Shown here in pieces: positions 24,930 through 38,030 of a stretch of 64,000 nucleotides of DNA. A model generated the notes under the pieces. That model was not told where the DNA came from, ran no database searches, and saw only the letters and a program-made list of their open reading frames with translations. The first letter of the stretch is position 1, and every line of letters starts with the position of its first letter. Position numbers and translations under genes: made by a program. This DNA is from Balanoglossus misakiensis. Taxonomy: Eukaryota > Animalia > Hemichordata. The stretch spans positions 1,302,001-1,366,000 of the forward strand of contig CM082590.2 of the NCBI GenBank assembly GCA_040954595.2. The letters run 5' to 3'.

Positions 24930-27897
24930 ATGTACAGGCCGGGTGGGCTGCTCACCAAGGGGCGATTGTCCCCCCCCTGAACTTGTTACAAGGGGCGCTT
25001 CAAGTGTAAAAGAGGGGAAATCGCGCAATCGTGCACCCTGGAGAAAACACTGATTATTTATGTGAGAAGTCATCAATGATATAGACAGTAAAATATAAAT
25101 TAAAATATGTCATTATTGTGTACGAGTTTTAAATCTAAAATTCCGAAATGAATTTCTATTGATATATGACTTACTATATGGACAAAAGACATAGACAACA
25201 TCTTACAGAAATCATCAGAAGTGCTTTTTATAATTCTTTGCCTATGTATGATATATACATTCAATAAATACTGAATTAATACATAATATTTATATTTTAT
25301 GATTAAATCGTGTAGAAAAAAATATATTAAGCTTATTTTCCATTTCAACATTTTGAAATATGTTAACAATCCATTTCAGTATTTACAATAAATCTCATAT
25401 GGTAGTGAATTAAGTACTTGTAATTTCCAGGGAAAAAAAAACATTTAGATTCTGTCATACACTAAACGTTATCTACATAAAAAGATGGCACTCATGTGTA
25501 TTGTACAATGGTCAGAGATCCATGAGTAAATGCAGTTGAATTGGATAACAAATTAAAATAATGTAACATCTTATCTATTAGCCCTCTTCTTTTCCGACAG
25601 GATAATAGGATGGCACCAACATTCCCATCAAAGAGGACAATATGGTCATCTGGGGTCACTAATAGCAAAGTTGACTTTCCTTGTAAAATGAAGATACCAG
25701 CTGATCTGTTTGGCAAGTTAAACAACAGGTGAGAAACTGTTTGGGAAACAGAAGAATTATCTGGATTGACAATGTCAACTGCAATTTGTGGATTTGTGAT
25801 TTGTATTCTGAGATATGAAAGTATGCTGCATATGCAACTGATATGTATCTACCCTGCTCAGAAACATACAAATCGTAAACCCTGTTTCCTTCTCTGAGTG
25901 ATGTTAGGATATTATCCATCCATGTTGTTGGTAAGTAATCATGGAGTGTGTGATTGTGTGTGTGGTGCCTGACAGGTTGCCTTGTATTAAACAAATCAAT
26001 GTGCATGCATTGCTTCTATCTCGGTTGTCAATTGTTGATTGTGATATGTGGTGGGGAGAGCCCACAGTTTGACCTCCCCTTCAGGGAAGACTTGGGTGTA
26101 TGTTGTAATTATTTTGCTGTTGATTGTGTTCAGTTCTGTTCTGTGATAGCTATGGACATGAAATTTTGCCTCTGGTTGCCCTGGTATGACCTGTCTGCTT
26201 ACAATGATTGCATATTGTATTTGTTTGGTACTGTGTATGTTGTTATGTGCAGTGAACTTGGTCTCTTGTTTGTTGTCGTTGTTGGGTATTGGTCTACTTG
26301 TCTTTTGAGGTTTTCTTTGAAGTGTGAAGAGTCATAGTATGTTTTGTCTGATGTAGGAAATATTGGTTTGTCGTCGGTTATGTCAGGTTCATGGGTATTT
26401 GATGAGTGTGATTGATGTTTTGTTGGTTGCAGAAGACCTTGGTTAAATTTTTCACTGAGTTTATGGACAGATGCTAATAGTAAAGGGGTGCACACCAACC
26501 ACTTCTCACCTGCATCTCTGTAGACATGGCCTGTGCCACTAAACATGAAGGAAAATGGCATCTCATGCCTTCATTTGAATTATTTTCTAGGCCGAACCTG
26601 AAACCAAGTGGTAAGCACTTATTACATGTAGTTATTTCAACCTGGAAAGTTGGTATTTGGTATTTTAACCTTGCAGCCGTAGATTGGCAGACAAGAGTTG
26701 ACTGTCCACAATTCTTAGCAACATTCTTGAATAGCTGGACCTGACACTCTGCTGTTTTGCCAGCCACCGTGGTGTACTCTTGGGCTATTGTTCTGTGCCA
26801 TACCCATGTAGGAAGTGAAGGGGATAGTCTGAATTAAGTCTGGAAGAAGCAAGGCTCAGGTTGGTTTCTGCCTACCAAATTTGCATAAAATCCTTTGGCG
26901 CGAAGCCTCGCTTTCAGTGCAAAAGACGATGGCGATCAGGCAGGTACGGGTGTGATGCACAACATTACTTTGATAGTCCGGTATATCAAAATTCAAACTT
27001 TATTTTTTTTAAACGATTTTAGCAAATGACTGTTGTGCCTTCAATTGTATGGTGTTGATCACACTGGGATGGTAAGATTACGACTGTCTGACGTGTGTCA
27101 TCGTGAGATAGTCGATTGCTTTTTTCTCGCATTGCGTTGCATTAAGCCTTCTAAAAATGTTATGGGATCTTGAACTGGGTTCCGATCGAGATAATTCAAA
27201 TCTCGTAAACATCTTCTATGACTGTACGAAGTTTGATGTGTGTGCGAGCCTGCACAAGGACGCGGGCAGTGTTGAAGATGGACTCCCGAGAACATGGCCC
27301 TGCCGCCATTACAGTTGTACGTGTACTGTGTAAGGCTACTGTAGTACTAACTATTAATACTAGTATGGCGTCATTACGAGCTTGCTTTGAGAGGTCGTTC
27401 GCGTTGAAAAGGACACGGAATACAAATGTCCATGGTAACATGATTTGACTGTATTCAAGTAAATTTAACCCCAAAGGAACATTCTATGTCTGACATCTGA
27501 AGGAAAATGCTTGTTTATTCGTTGAGTTGATGTGTTGCAGGCCGACGAAGGAACCCGGAAGTGGCTCGCTCGATCCATACTGCAATCACGAATCATTGCC
27601 CTGAATTATATTTTAGCTTGTTTCATGCAAATTATGGAAAATTGGACTTGTCAATGTGAATTTGAATAGTTTACAATTAGCAGACATTAGAATCTAGTGA
27701 AATCAGTAGTAAGTATTTTCCACTGACTTGAATTGTTCCACATTTTCATTGTTATCATTATCTTGTGTTGTAAATTGTCATGTGAAGGGAATTTCAAACA
27801 ACTTTACTCATCAGAATATTCATTTTTGTCATACATTACATTTTGGTCACTTTCATGTTCACTTTCACTTTCATGCCATTGATCTTCATCTGGTAAT

Positions 27898-29575
27898 TCA
27901 TATTCCCCCTCTTTCTTCAGTTTCCTCAATGTCACTGTCACAATTCTTATCAACCAGCTGCTCATCCTGTATCATATTCATTATTTCAACATTTTCATCT
28001 TCCAAAGCTTCATCTTTGGTGGTTGTATTTTCACAATTGACACAATGACATCCAGGTCCACACATAACTCCTTTCTTTCTGCATGAACATTGCCGATTTT
28101 GTACATCCTCCTTTGCAACCACAACCCTTTGTATAAAATGCACACTTGCAAGATTCTCATCAGTATCCCAAACAATATTCAGTTTTGTTCCTTCAAATTT
28201 GAACCCATAATCGGCACATTGGGGAAATTGGATGTGTGTTTTGTGTGATTGGTTCCACAATTTAGATATGAAACAAACATACAACCAGTGATACTTGAGT
28301 GAGTGCTGATGGGTTTGGTATGCATTCTTCCTCTGCTCTGGTTCTTACTAAAATGACATTCCTTATTTTCAGAAGCCATTTATGATGTCTGTCAACCACA
28401 TCCCCATTTATAGAGTTATTTGATTTTACATGTTTGAATAGATCCACAGGACTTGTACTCTCACCGACAAATTTACTGTTAAACTTCTTGTAGTCTGCAT
28501 ATCTGACAAGTCTGTAAAACCCTTTTAAACCAGAGGAGCTTTCTGTGTCAGCCAAATATCCTTCCAGGCCAGAAATGAAACTTGAGTACTGAAAGAAGGT
28601 GTTCAGGAAAGCAGCTTTTCCGAAACCAACAAAAAAAATGAAATGTAATCACACCCTGTTGCAATAAAAATTGTCTGAAAGCATTTGTTTTGTTGTCCAT
28701 CTGAAATTTCACATACATCAGGATCTTGTGATATTGAGTCACTTAATTGATTAAGATGCAAATAGGAAATGGGAAATCATCTGAATGTATATGTCCTTTT
28801 TCTTATTGATACCACAATCATCAACATGATTCAGTTTTCCAGATTCAAGGTAGGGGAGCCCAATGTGGTACACATGAGGTTATATGTATTACTGTGTAAT
28901 GACTTAACCACATGCAGCCATATCCATGTGTCTGTTTCCTCATGATTTATACTGAATACAGGATTGTGAACTGCATTGTGTAACTGGGCATTAATATCAA
29001 ATACTTTGACTTTGTCATCACCATCAAATCTCCCAGCAACAAGAAATTCCTGGTTACATACAAGCAAAGGCTTCACCAGTTTTGGAATTTCTTTGCACAT
29101 GAGTTATATCAGAAGTCTTTTGTTTTTCCTTTCACCCAAAAATGTTTGCCATGGTTCTTTGGGGAGGGGGATTCCAGTGTCAGTGAGTCATACAAACAAC
29201 AATTTCGCTTCTTCTTTGTATCCCTTCTGCCCTGTTTTAGGACTTTGGGACTTGGATTTGATTGAGACCAAGAATTTGGATCATCAAATAGAAGGTGTAT
29301 GCATGTAGCTGCATGCCTGAAATTTGGAGAGATCCACCTTCTACATTGTAGCAATATACTGAAAATAATCTTTAAGGGATTTGTGGTGGCTCCTAATTGG
29401 GGCAGTCTGTATAAGAAACATGCCCTCAAGAACAACTAAACCAGTCTGTCAGGAGTGTATCTACCATGACATTCTCCTGTTGGTATCTGGATTTAAGTGT
29501 TGGACTTTGTACCTTGGTGATGCATACTACCATCTGCACCACATATGGCTGTGGGTAATGGTACAAATTGTTTAA
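27898..29575 (-). pseudogene. AcademX-type transposase remnant (XPG-like nuclease + Cys8 zinc finger)
   Basis: Minus-strand motifs VVLEGMFLIQTAP, HLLFDDP..SPK, NHEETDTWIWLH, TGCDYISFF..GKAAF, EEECIPNPSAL, NIVWD, C-terminal CxC..CSCRKKGVMCGPGCHCVNCEN; many frameshifts; 5' part lost. Confidence 0.75.
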
Positions 29576-30416
29576 ACCCATTTATTGGCTGCCCAGTCTT
29601 GATTGAAAAAGCAATTTTATGACTGGTTACTAACTTCTAATACCTACTTGATTCACAGATGTTGCCTAAACTTGTCTGCATTTCAACTCGGGATTCTCTT
29701 CCTCATCTGGGGCAAGTTTAAGACCACTCAATGGTAAGCATGACTTGCTATATATTTGCTTTTATTGGACGTGGCATAACCGAAACAATAGGAAGCAATG
29801 TACGTCTATGAACTATCAATACTTGTTTTTTTCCTTTGAATTCTGCATGCTCTAGCCTCGATTGCATGTGATATGGTCGTGATGACATGAATTAAGTGGA
29901 CTAGGTCAAATCTTCACGTGAAGCATAAATTAAATTCGGACGCATTTCCTTAACCATATAGCCAGAAATTACTCTCATACAAATACATGCGGAGATACCG
30001 TAACCTTGGCTGAAAGTGTGCTAGTCCAACACCATGCTTTTCAAACTGGTAAAGATTTCTGTTATTATATAAGCCACACGAAGGAAAGTTATGTTGTTCA
30101 GAGTGAAATAAAACAATTCTTTAGGCCAAAAAGAAAAATATAAATCAAGACACGATCTGGCTGGATGTTTTTTGCAAAGATGTGTGTATAAGAGCAGCCC
30201 AGTTCTGAATTTGAAGCTTAGCTCTTTACCAGAAACTTGCTCAAAGATACCAAATGCCCAAAAAGTATTGAGACTCTTTATAAAGATTAAAAATGTGACT
30301 AGTGAGCTAGTCTATGTTCAATATGTCTTCCCTATGTCAAAGTGCGTGTACACATTCTGTCATTTACAGACATGATGTCAGTTTCACTTGTCACCTGATT
30401 GTCATGTTTGGTTTAA

Positions 30417-31017
30417 AGGGGAAATCCGTCGTAGCTGATTTCTACATAATTTGGTAGCTTTGATGTCACTCTTTCAGAAAAAAACATATTCGCCATGTAT
30501 AGGTCGCGCGATTTTTTACAAAATCTAGGGAAAGTTGGCAATATGGCGTTTACTGTAATTTGAATCATGGGAAAAAAAGCGCCAGGACCAACTTCCGCCC
30601 ACCTTAGTGTGGGTGATACCATTTTCCGATTGGTGTCACTGCGTCACAAGCTAAGCGTATTTGCATATTTTCCATGGGTTATAGCTCATGAAAACTGTCA
30701 ATAGATGACAAATTTTCGACTTTGCTGATGATTGTTTATCAACTGATGCAAAGAACAAACAATAGCTATGAAAATACGCCTAGTCTGTCGCCCAGTGATA
30801 CCTATCGGAGAATGGCATCACCCACACCATGGTGGGCGGAAGTTGGTCCTGGCGCTTTTTTTCCCATGATTCAAATTACAGTAAACGCCATATTGCCAAC
30901 TTTCCCTAGATTTTGTAAAAAATCGCGCGACCTATACATGGCGAATATGTTTTTTTCTGAAAGAGTGACATCAAAGCTACCAAATTATGTAGAAATCAGC
31001 TACGACGGATTTCCCCT
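30417..31017. mobile_element. 601-bp foldback MITE with TTAA TSD (Kolobok-type AG..CT ends)
   Basis: TIRs ~200 bp (mirror ORFs 30413- and 30722+); TTAA at 30413-30416 and 31018-31021; single TTAA at the paralogous empty site ~33326. Confidence 0.95.
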
Positions 31018-31218
31018 TTAACCCATGCAGTACTGCATGCAGTACTGATGGAAATGGAGTTTCAAGATTGTCGTTTCAAAGAACGCTGTGACAGATTTCT
31101 GTGAATAGTATTCCACTGTTGTACATTATCACAGCACAGTCTGACCCTACATTATACCATGTTTTGCATATTCTCACTAATTAGTATGGCACAATTCTAA
31201 AGCAAGGTTATGATTTAT

Positions 31219-31523
31219 TTTAGCAATAAAACACCCCCAGCCATGGTATACCACGAGATTTTGACCAGTTCACGACATATACGCACGAGCGAAAGCGTAT
31301 ATGTCGTGAACTGGTCAAAATCTCGTGGTATACCATGGCTGGGGGTGTTTTATTGCTATTATATTATGCCAGTATATTGAAACTTTGCATAAAACATTTT
31401 AAAAAGGCATTTTCTTTGACTATGATATGACTGTGGTATATGGCTAATATATCACGGTCACGTGTCGTGTCTCGACCAATCAAATAGCATGATTTACACC
31501 ATCAATATACTGGTATAATATAA
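31219..31523. mobile_element. TSD-less element with a perfect 64-bp hairpin
   Basis: Arms 31221-31284 and 31295-31358, 10-nt loop; absent from paralog (gatttat|tacttaataat at ~33520-33537). Confidence 0.85.
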
Positions 31524-32517
31524 TACTTAATAATATGCTATATTTGATTCACAGTCATAAACGTCAGCATTTCAACGTATGCGGGAGGAGGGGGAGATGA
31601 CCCCGGCCTGATCCAAGACCGTTTTCCGGTAAGCACAACTTGCTGTATATATGTACATGTTCCATAGCTTTTTTATACTACCTTTTCCCATCAAATAGTT
31701 AATTCACCTTTTCAAAATTATGGTGGTGGCAAGCCACAACTGGTTATCATGAACAGTTGGACACAACTAATAATCACTTGAATATGGGTCACCAGCAGGT
31801 AGAAATCAGATATTAGGTTGAAAATTCACATTTTCAGTTTAACAGCTTATTTTGTTGGGGGACATGCCAATAACATATCTGCGAAATTTCTCCTCTGGAT
31901 TCTAACTGGAAAGTGGAGAAAAGCATGAGCAAACAACCAAATGCATGTACTGTCTACCTGGCTACCCTAAACGGTGTGTGTATTCTTGAATTTTAATGTT
32001 TGGAGCATCGATCGACCCTAGTTATTGAGCTGCGATCGTTGTTTTTGAGGGCGAAATCGTCGGTTGAAAAATCATTGGCGGCCGTCGATGGCTTCCCTAT
32101 TGCACATCTTGTCAGTGGTATTCCGCCGCCTGTGTGAGTAAATTGTACGTCGTTCGTGGGCTCGAGTCGGCTTTGCTCTGGTATAATTTTATGAGGCGGG
32201 CTATTTTAAGGCAAAGCAATAGCGAATAAACTGACCAATTGCGATCCACTATCTGATATGGGATTTGGTCGCATTGAGCAGAATTAGTTTTGCTGTAGGG
32301 AGTATGTTTTGGCACTATTGTGACTGTTATAACTAGAAGGTACTAGTGTCCGCTATGTCCAGATGTTGGCAGTGACACAAAGAGAATGTATTCAAACTAA
32401 TTTATTCATTATAACGTGTTTCAGAGGATCAATACCAAATTATCTTGATCGTCAGTGTGTGGATCACTAGGTTACATTATTGCATCCTGCATGTTTTACT
32501 AATTAGTGACATATGCT

Positions 32518-33965
32518 AAAGCAATTTTATGACTGGTTACTAACTTCTAATACCTACTTGATTCACAGATGTTGCCTGAACTTGTCTGCATTTCAACTCG
32601 GGATTCTCTTCCTCATCTGGGGCAAGTTTAAGACCACTCAATGGTAAGCATGACTTGCTATATATTTGCTTTTATCGGACGTGGCATAACCGAAACAATA
32701 GGAAGCAATGTACGTCTATGAACTATCAATACTTGTTTTTTTCCTTTGAATTCTGCATGCTCTAGCCTCGATTGCATGTGAAATGGTCGTGATGACATGA
32801 ATTAACTGGACTAGGTCAAATCTTCACGTGAAGCATAAATTAAATTCGGACGCATTTCCTTAACCATATAGCCAGAAATTACTCTCATACAAATACATGC
32901 GGAGATACCGTAACCTTGGCTGAAAGTGTGCTAGTCCAACACCATGCTTTTCAAACTGGTAAAGATTTCTGTTATTATATAAGCCACACGAAGGAAAGTT
33001 ATGTTGTTCAGAGTGAAATAAAACAATTCTTTAGGCCAAAAAGAAAAATATAAATCATGACACGATCTGGCTGGATGTTTTTTGCAAAGATGTGTGTATA
33101 AGAGCAGCCAAGTTCTGAATTTGAAGCTTAGCTCTTTACCAGAAACTTGCTCAAAGCTACCAAATGCCCAAAAAGTATTGAGACTCTTTATAAAGTTTAA
33201 AAATGTGACTAGTGAGCTAGTCTATGTTCAATATGTCTTATTCCCTATGTCAAAGTGCGTGTACACATTCTGTCATTTACAGACATGATGTCAGTTTCAC
33301 TTGTCACCTGATTGTCATGTTTGGTTTAACCCATGCAGTACTGCATGCAGTACTGATGTAAATGGAGTTTCAAGATTGTCCTTTCAAAGAACGCTGTGAC
33401 AGATTTCTGTGAATAGTATTCCACTGTTGTACATTATCACAGCACAGTCTGACCCTACTTTATACCATGTTTTGCATATTTTCACTAATTAGTATGGCAC
33501 AATTCTAAAGCAAGGTTGTGATTTATTACTTAATAATATGCATATATTTGATTCACAGTCATAAACGTCAGCATTTCAACGTATGAGGGGGAGATGACCC
33601 TGGCCTGATCCAAGACTGTTTTCTGGTAAGCAGAACTTGCTGTATACATGTACATGTTCCATAGCTATTTTATACTACCCTTTCCCATCAAATAGTTAAT
33701 TCACCTTTTAACAATTATGGTGGTGGCAAGCCACAACTGGTTATCATGAACAGTTGGACACAACTAATAATCACTTGCATATGGGTCACCAGCAGGTAGA
33801 AATCAGATATTAGGTTGAAAATTCACATTTTCAGTTTAACAGCTTATTTTGTTGGGGGACATGCCAATAACATATCTGCAAAATTTCTCCTCTGGATTCT
33901 AACTGGAAAGTGGAGAAAAGCATGAGCAAACAACCAAATGCATGTACTGTCTACCTGGCTACCCT
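32518..33965 (+). repeat. Local segmental duplication, copy B (uninterrupted)
   Basis: Aligns from aaagcaattttatgactgg to ctacctggctaccct. Confidence 0.92.
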
Positions 33966-35460
33966 GATTAATACTGAGAATCAATCACCATCTCTTCAAA
34001 CGTTGACAGTGTTCACAATGAAGTAAAGACTTATTTCCTTCATATATATTTGAAACACTATTGTCAATGTATATAACAACATATTTATTTAACTGACCAC
34101 ACTATGTTGGCAGAATTAACAGAATCTTTTTAGGACTGACAATTCTGTGAATATTTACAAAAACTATAACACTTGTGAATTCCCCCACAGAAATTCAATC
34201 AAACAATTCACAACTACAACAATATAACTGCGACACACACAAACTAAGTGTATACTATCTCATTCCTGCTCACTTCTGGAGATTCATAATTATAGCAGTA
34301 CATAAGTGCCATTGGTTTAATATTGTTTACAAACACTCTTACTTTGCAATGACCACTACATCCTTTAAGCTGTATTTGAAACAATGATGTTCGATCACTG
34401 GGGTTATTTGCTGCCAAAAGCTGTGCTTCTATAAAATTTGTAAGATTGTCAGAACAACTAGAACCCAATCTTTATTTCACAACATTGTATCTCATTACAG
34501 ATGTGTCCAGCACAATTACACAATACATTGTAACTGTAAAAGCAGTATTAACAGTAAGAGAAATGAGCTTTTCGGCAAAAATATCACTCATTATGATTTG
34601 TAGTTACATTCTTACACATTTGGTACCAAGAAATGTGTTTTATGCTTATGATAATTATAACAGTTCAAGTCACATGATAAAATGCCATGATTAAACTATG
34701 AATGTTTTATCATTTAAATGGCGGCAATTGTCATAAGCGCATGTTTCAACCTAACCTCTGTTTACAGTAGGTGCTAACAGTCAATCCCATAAGGCAGTTC
34801 ACTGTCCTAACAACGGACAAGATGGCGGCGTCCAAAATCTGTGTCGCGATGTCAGAGATCGAGAAAAGACAGTAAATTTGGTGTAATGAAGGGACAAAGC
34901 TGGACTCTATCTATCCTTATCAACTAGTTTGGGGATTCTTACATTCATACATGTACACCATTGTAAAATTGTGCCGCAAATCAGGCGCACCGTCAGAAAT
35001 ACAAAAACTTTTCAGGTGAACTGTTTAATAGTGGGCCACTAAAAGAATCATTTCTGTTCAAGATTAACTTCAGTGTGAATATTAAAATAGCACAAGGCTA
35101 CTTGTGGAAACCTAGCCCTCTCAGGCAAGCTTGGCTGTGTGTCTTATGGCTGATGCCTCCCACCACAGCAGCCCTGCTCACTCCCAATACTAGGCTAAGC
35201 TGGCGATTCCCAACCAATCTGTTGCATAGTAGTTTTGACAAGAATTTCCGTCTGTGAACCAAAACTCGTGGACCGATCGCCATTACTGAGCACACCTCAT
35301 CCATATGGGATGACCAAGTGCCTAAAAGCACCTCACAACTTGAACTTTATGCGAGGAAAGACAGTCAGCCACAGCCATTTTGAATCTCGCTCGCGCCCAC
35401 AAAATTATGTGCACTAGATGATCTGGAGCCTTTAATGTCAGTACAGTTTTTAGTTCAACA

Positions 35461-38030
35461 TTACAGTCTCCGGGACTTATTCAGTGACTTCATGTACTTC
35501 CCAAATGCAGCTGATGATGGTTCATGCTCATATGTAGTATCAGATGCATCATCATCATCATCATCAATTCCAGCATTCTCACGTGGAACCGGTAGGAAGT
35601 CAATCCTGCGTTCATCTGGTATGAAGCGATCATACATTTCAGTCAGTTGCTTCAGTTTATCAGCACTTATCTCTCTCCTTGTGATGGTTTGCATTACAGC
35701 ATCTTCAACGACAATCTACAGATAAATAATATTTTTAAAAGCACAGTTAGATAAAATACAACATGCATATACAAACGTTGACTGTTGCCCTTATGGCCAA
35801 TGAATATGTATATACTAGTCACTTTCTCATATTATCGGAACCATATTTACACTGGAAATGCCAAGTTACTAAGAAAGGAATATTCCATCACCTGTGGTGT
35901 AATATTCTTCCAGGTTCCACTGTCCGACACCTCCCTTGCCATTACAACTACTTGGCCAATTTGTCTTTCTCCCTGGATGTCATGATAACCACCAATGCCA
36001 TGTATAACAATATTTCCATACTTGGAACGCAGGAATTTTCTCCAGTCACTTATGTCAGCATCACACACAATCTATTAAAATCAAAACACATCTTTCATTA
36101 AACAATAACACAGATGGTTGTGTCAACGTTTGATCACACACAACTTTCATCCTGTTTGCAGGATATGAGAGTAAAAATCTCACCAAAATAAATAAATGGT
36201 AAACACCGATTATTCATTTTGGCGAGTTTTTCACTCTTGTGTCTACAAGTGGGATGGCAGTTGTGTGTGTTCGAACTTTGATTCACTATATATCCACATT
36301 TAAAATAAAAATAAACGGTGCCTTGTATAAAACAATTAGTGAAACAAGGGCAGTGAGAGAGAGACTTTGTCCCTTTAAGTTAACCATAGAAAGAGGATTA
36401 AATCAAATGTATTGAGTGATAAGTTTTTAAATCAAGAGACAGTCAATGAAACAAAAAAGTTTACCTCAGCTTTACTATATATTGAAGAGAAATCCAGCAC
36501 ATCTCTGATACTGAAAACATCCTGTTTCTTTATTGATGATGAAATACTGGCAAACACCCAGTCTGGCATTGATTTGGAATGTCCAGCATTGAGGAAACAC
36601 ACCCGAAGATATTGAAGTGTTTCATACCTAAAAGGTAAACGTGAATACATTGTTTGATTATAAAAAATATATGCAATGAAGGTTTCACCAAACTATTTCT
36701 GAAAAGATTCCCACAAGGGAGGATTTCTGTGTGAAAGAAGTTTGCTAAATTGTTTTTTTTCTGTACTATCCTTTTTGCATTCGAATATACAAAGTATCAG
36801 TCACCTGCAAACACTAACTTAATAGTTTGGTCAACATAATTTTGTTCAAACCTCTGATTTTAATATTACGTCTAGTTTTTTTAATGATAAAATGGTAAAT
36901 TTACAAACAACTTACTTGATCACCATTTCCTTAATCCAACATACAAGCCATGTATTCTTGTTAGTACTTGGTGCATTGTCCATGAATACCATGATTTTGG
37001 TAATCCAAGAAGTATCAAGTTTGTCGATAGTATAGATAGTGTGTGGCTGCTATTCTTTGGTCCAAATCTCTCATCAAAGATGTATGTGCAGGCCTTGGCA
37101 GTATCATGCTGGATGACAGCAGCTTCATCTATGCATAGTTTCATTTTATAGTATGACATGGCTGGTTGCGGGGTTAGATGCCACTGTGGAACTGTGATCA
37201 GCATTTTGTAGTCAAAGCTGAAGCAGGCAACATACTCTGCTTTCATCTCTATCATCTGAATTTCTTCATCAATAGTTCTGTATTTCGTTTCGAGTTCTCT
37301 GATTTTCTGTTGATGAGCATATGCATTCTGACAAGATGCTTTGTAAAAGTGCTGGGCTGCCAATGCTTCTTTCTTATGTTCTACTAGATGCTTCTTTAGA
37401 CTGTCAACTATTCGTTTAAGTCTATTAAATTCATTATTTTCAGGACAACCAGACTGTTCCATTCTTTGCATCCAAGTGGATTTTGCCATGATTTCTTTGC
37501 TGACCTCTTTACATGTGTTGCAGTAGTCTGATTTGTGTGGTTGAATTGAATGATGTGGCCTGTACTGTGATAACCATCCCTCTGCTGCTCTGCTACTGAT
37601 TGTCTCTTGTCCTAACTGTTGTTGATTTCTGTTGAAAACACCCACCACAGATTGTCGCAGTTTAGTGTCATAATTATGTTCAGACACTTTGGGAACAGAC
37701 ACACAAGTAAATACTGGTAGGAAATAATACAAGGCTCCACCACTGGCATTTTCTTCTGAGCGTCCTGTTGAGTAAACATTGGCATCAACAAATTCAAGGA
37801 ATTGTTCCTTTGTTCCACTTTTCTGATTGTTGGAGACTCTCCCCTCCAGACCATGGCGAGCAGCAAATTGTCTCACTTCGACTTCGTCGTCACTGGAAAG
37901 GCCAGTCCACCAGTCATCCCAATTAAGTGAGTTGTCTGGAATGAGGACATATTTTTCTAGTTTCTCACTTATCACATGCCTTTTGGTTAGGAGGACCACC
38001 GGATTGAGAAATTCTTGGCGTTTAATGTCT
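35461..38030 (-). pseudogene. Multi-exon Sola-type DDD transposase, one apparent frameshift (exons ~36916-38030, 36465-36627, 35892-36071, 35461-35715)
   Basis: PHKSDYCNTC; CFSFDYK..P..YYKMKL; YIFDERFGPKNSSHTLS; after a frameshift at ~37030 VFMDNAPSTNKN; FLNAGHSKSMPDWVFA; ISADKLKQLTEMY..IP; gt/ag introns with consistent phases (2,0,0); 5' boundary uncertain. Confidence 0.8.
36110..36378. mobile_element. Partial foldback MITE (family of 5719-6068) in a Sola intron
   Basis: Ends gagagagactttgtccct-TTAA; internal palindrome shared with 5824-5960. Confidence 0.7.

Larger units (their letters stand above)
22064..25052 (+). mobile_element. hAT-like non-autonomous element (outer copy), TIR CAGTGTTTWCTCCAGG
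   Basis: Left cagtgtttactccagg at 22064, right cctggagaaaacactg at 25037-25052; flanks tatattta / attattta match only partly. Confidence 0.7.
29608..31968 (+). repeat. Local segmental duplication, copy A (with two insertions)
   Basis: Near-identical to 32518-33965 apart from insertions 30417-31017 and 31219-31523. Confidence 0.92.

Noticed and set aside
25650-26900. Overlapping 100-127 aa ORFs suggesting a retroelement gag-like region
   Set aside because: No diagnostic motif could be recognised
30413-31021. Two identical ORFs on opposite strands
   Set aside because: Artefact of the long TIRs of the foldback MITE
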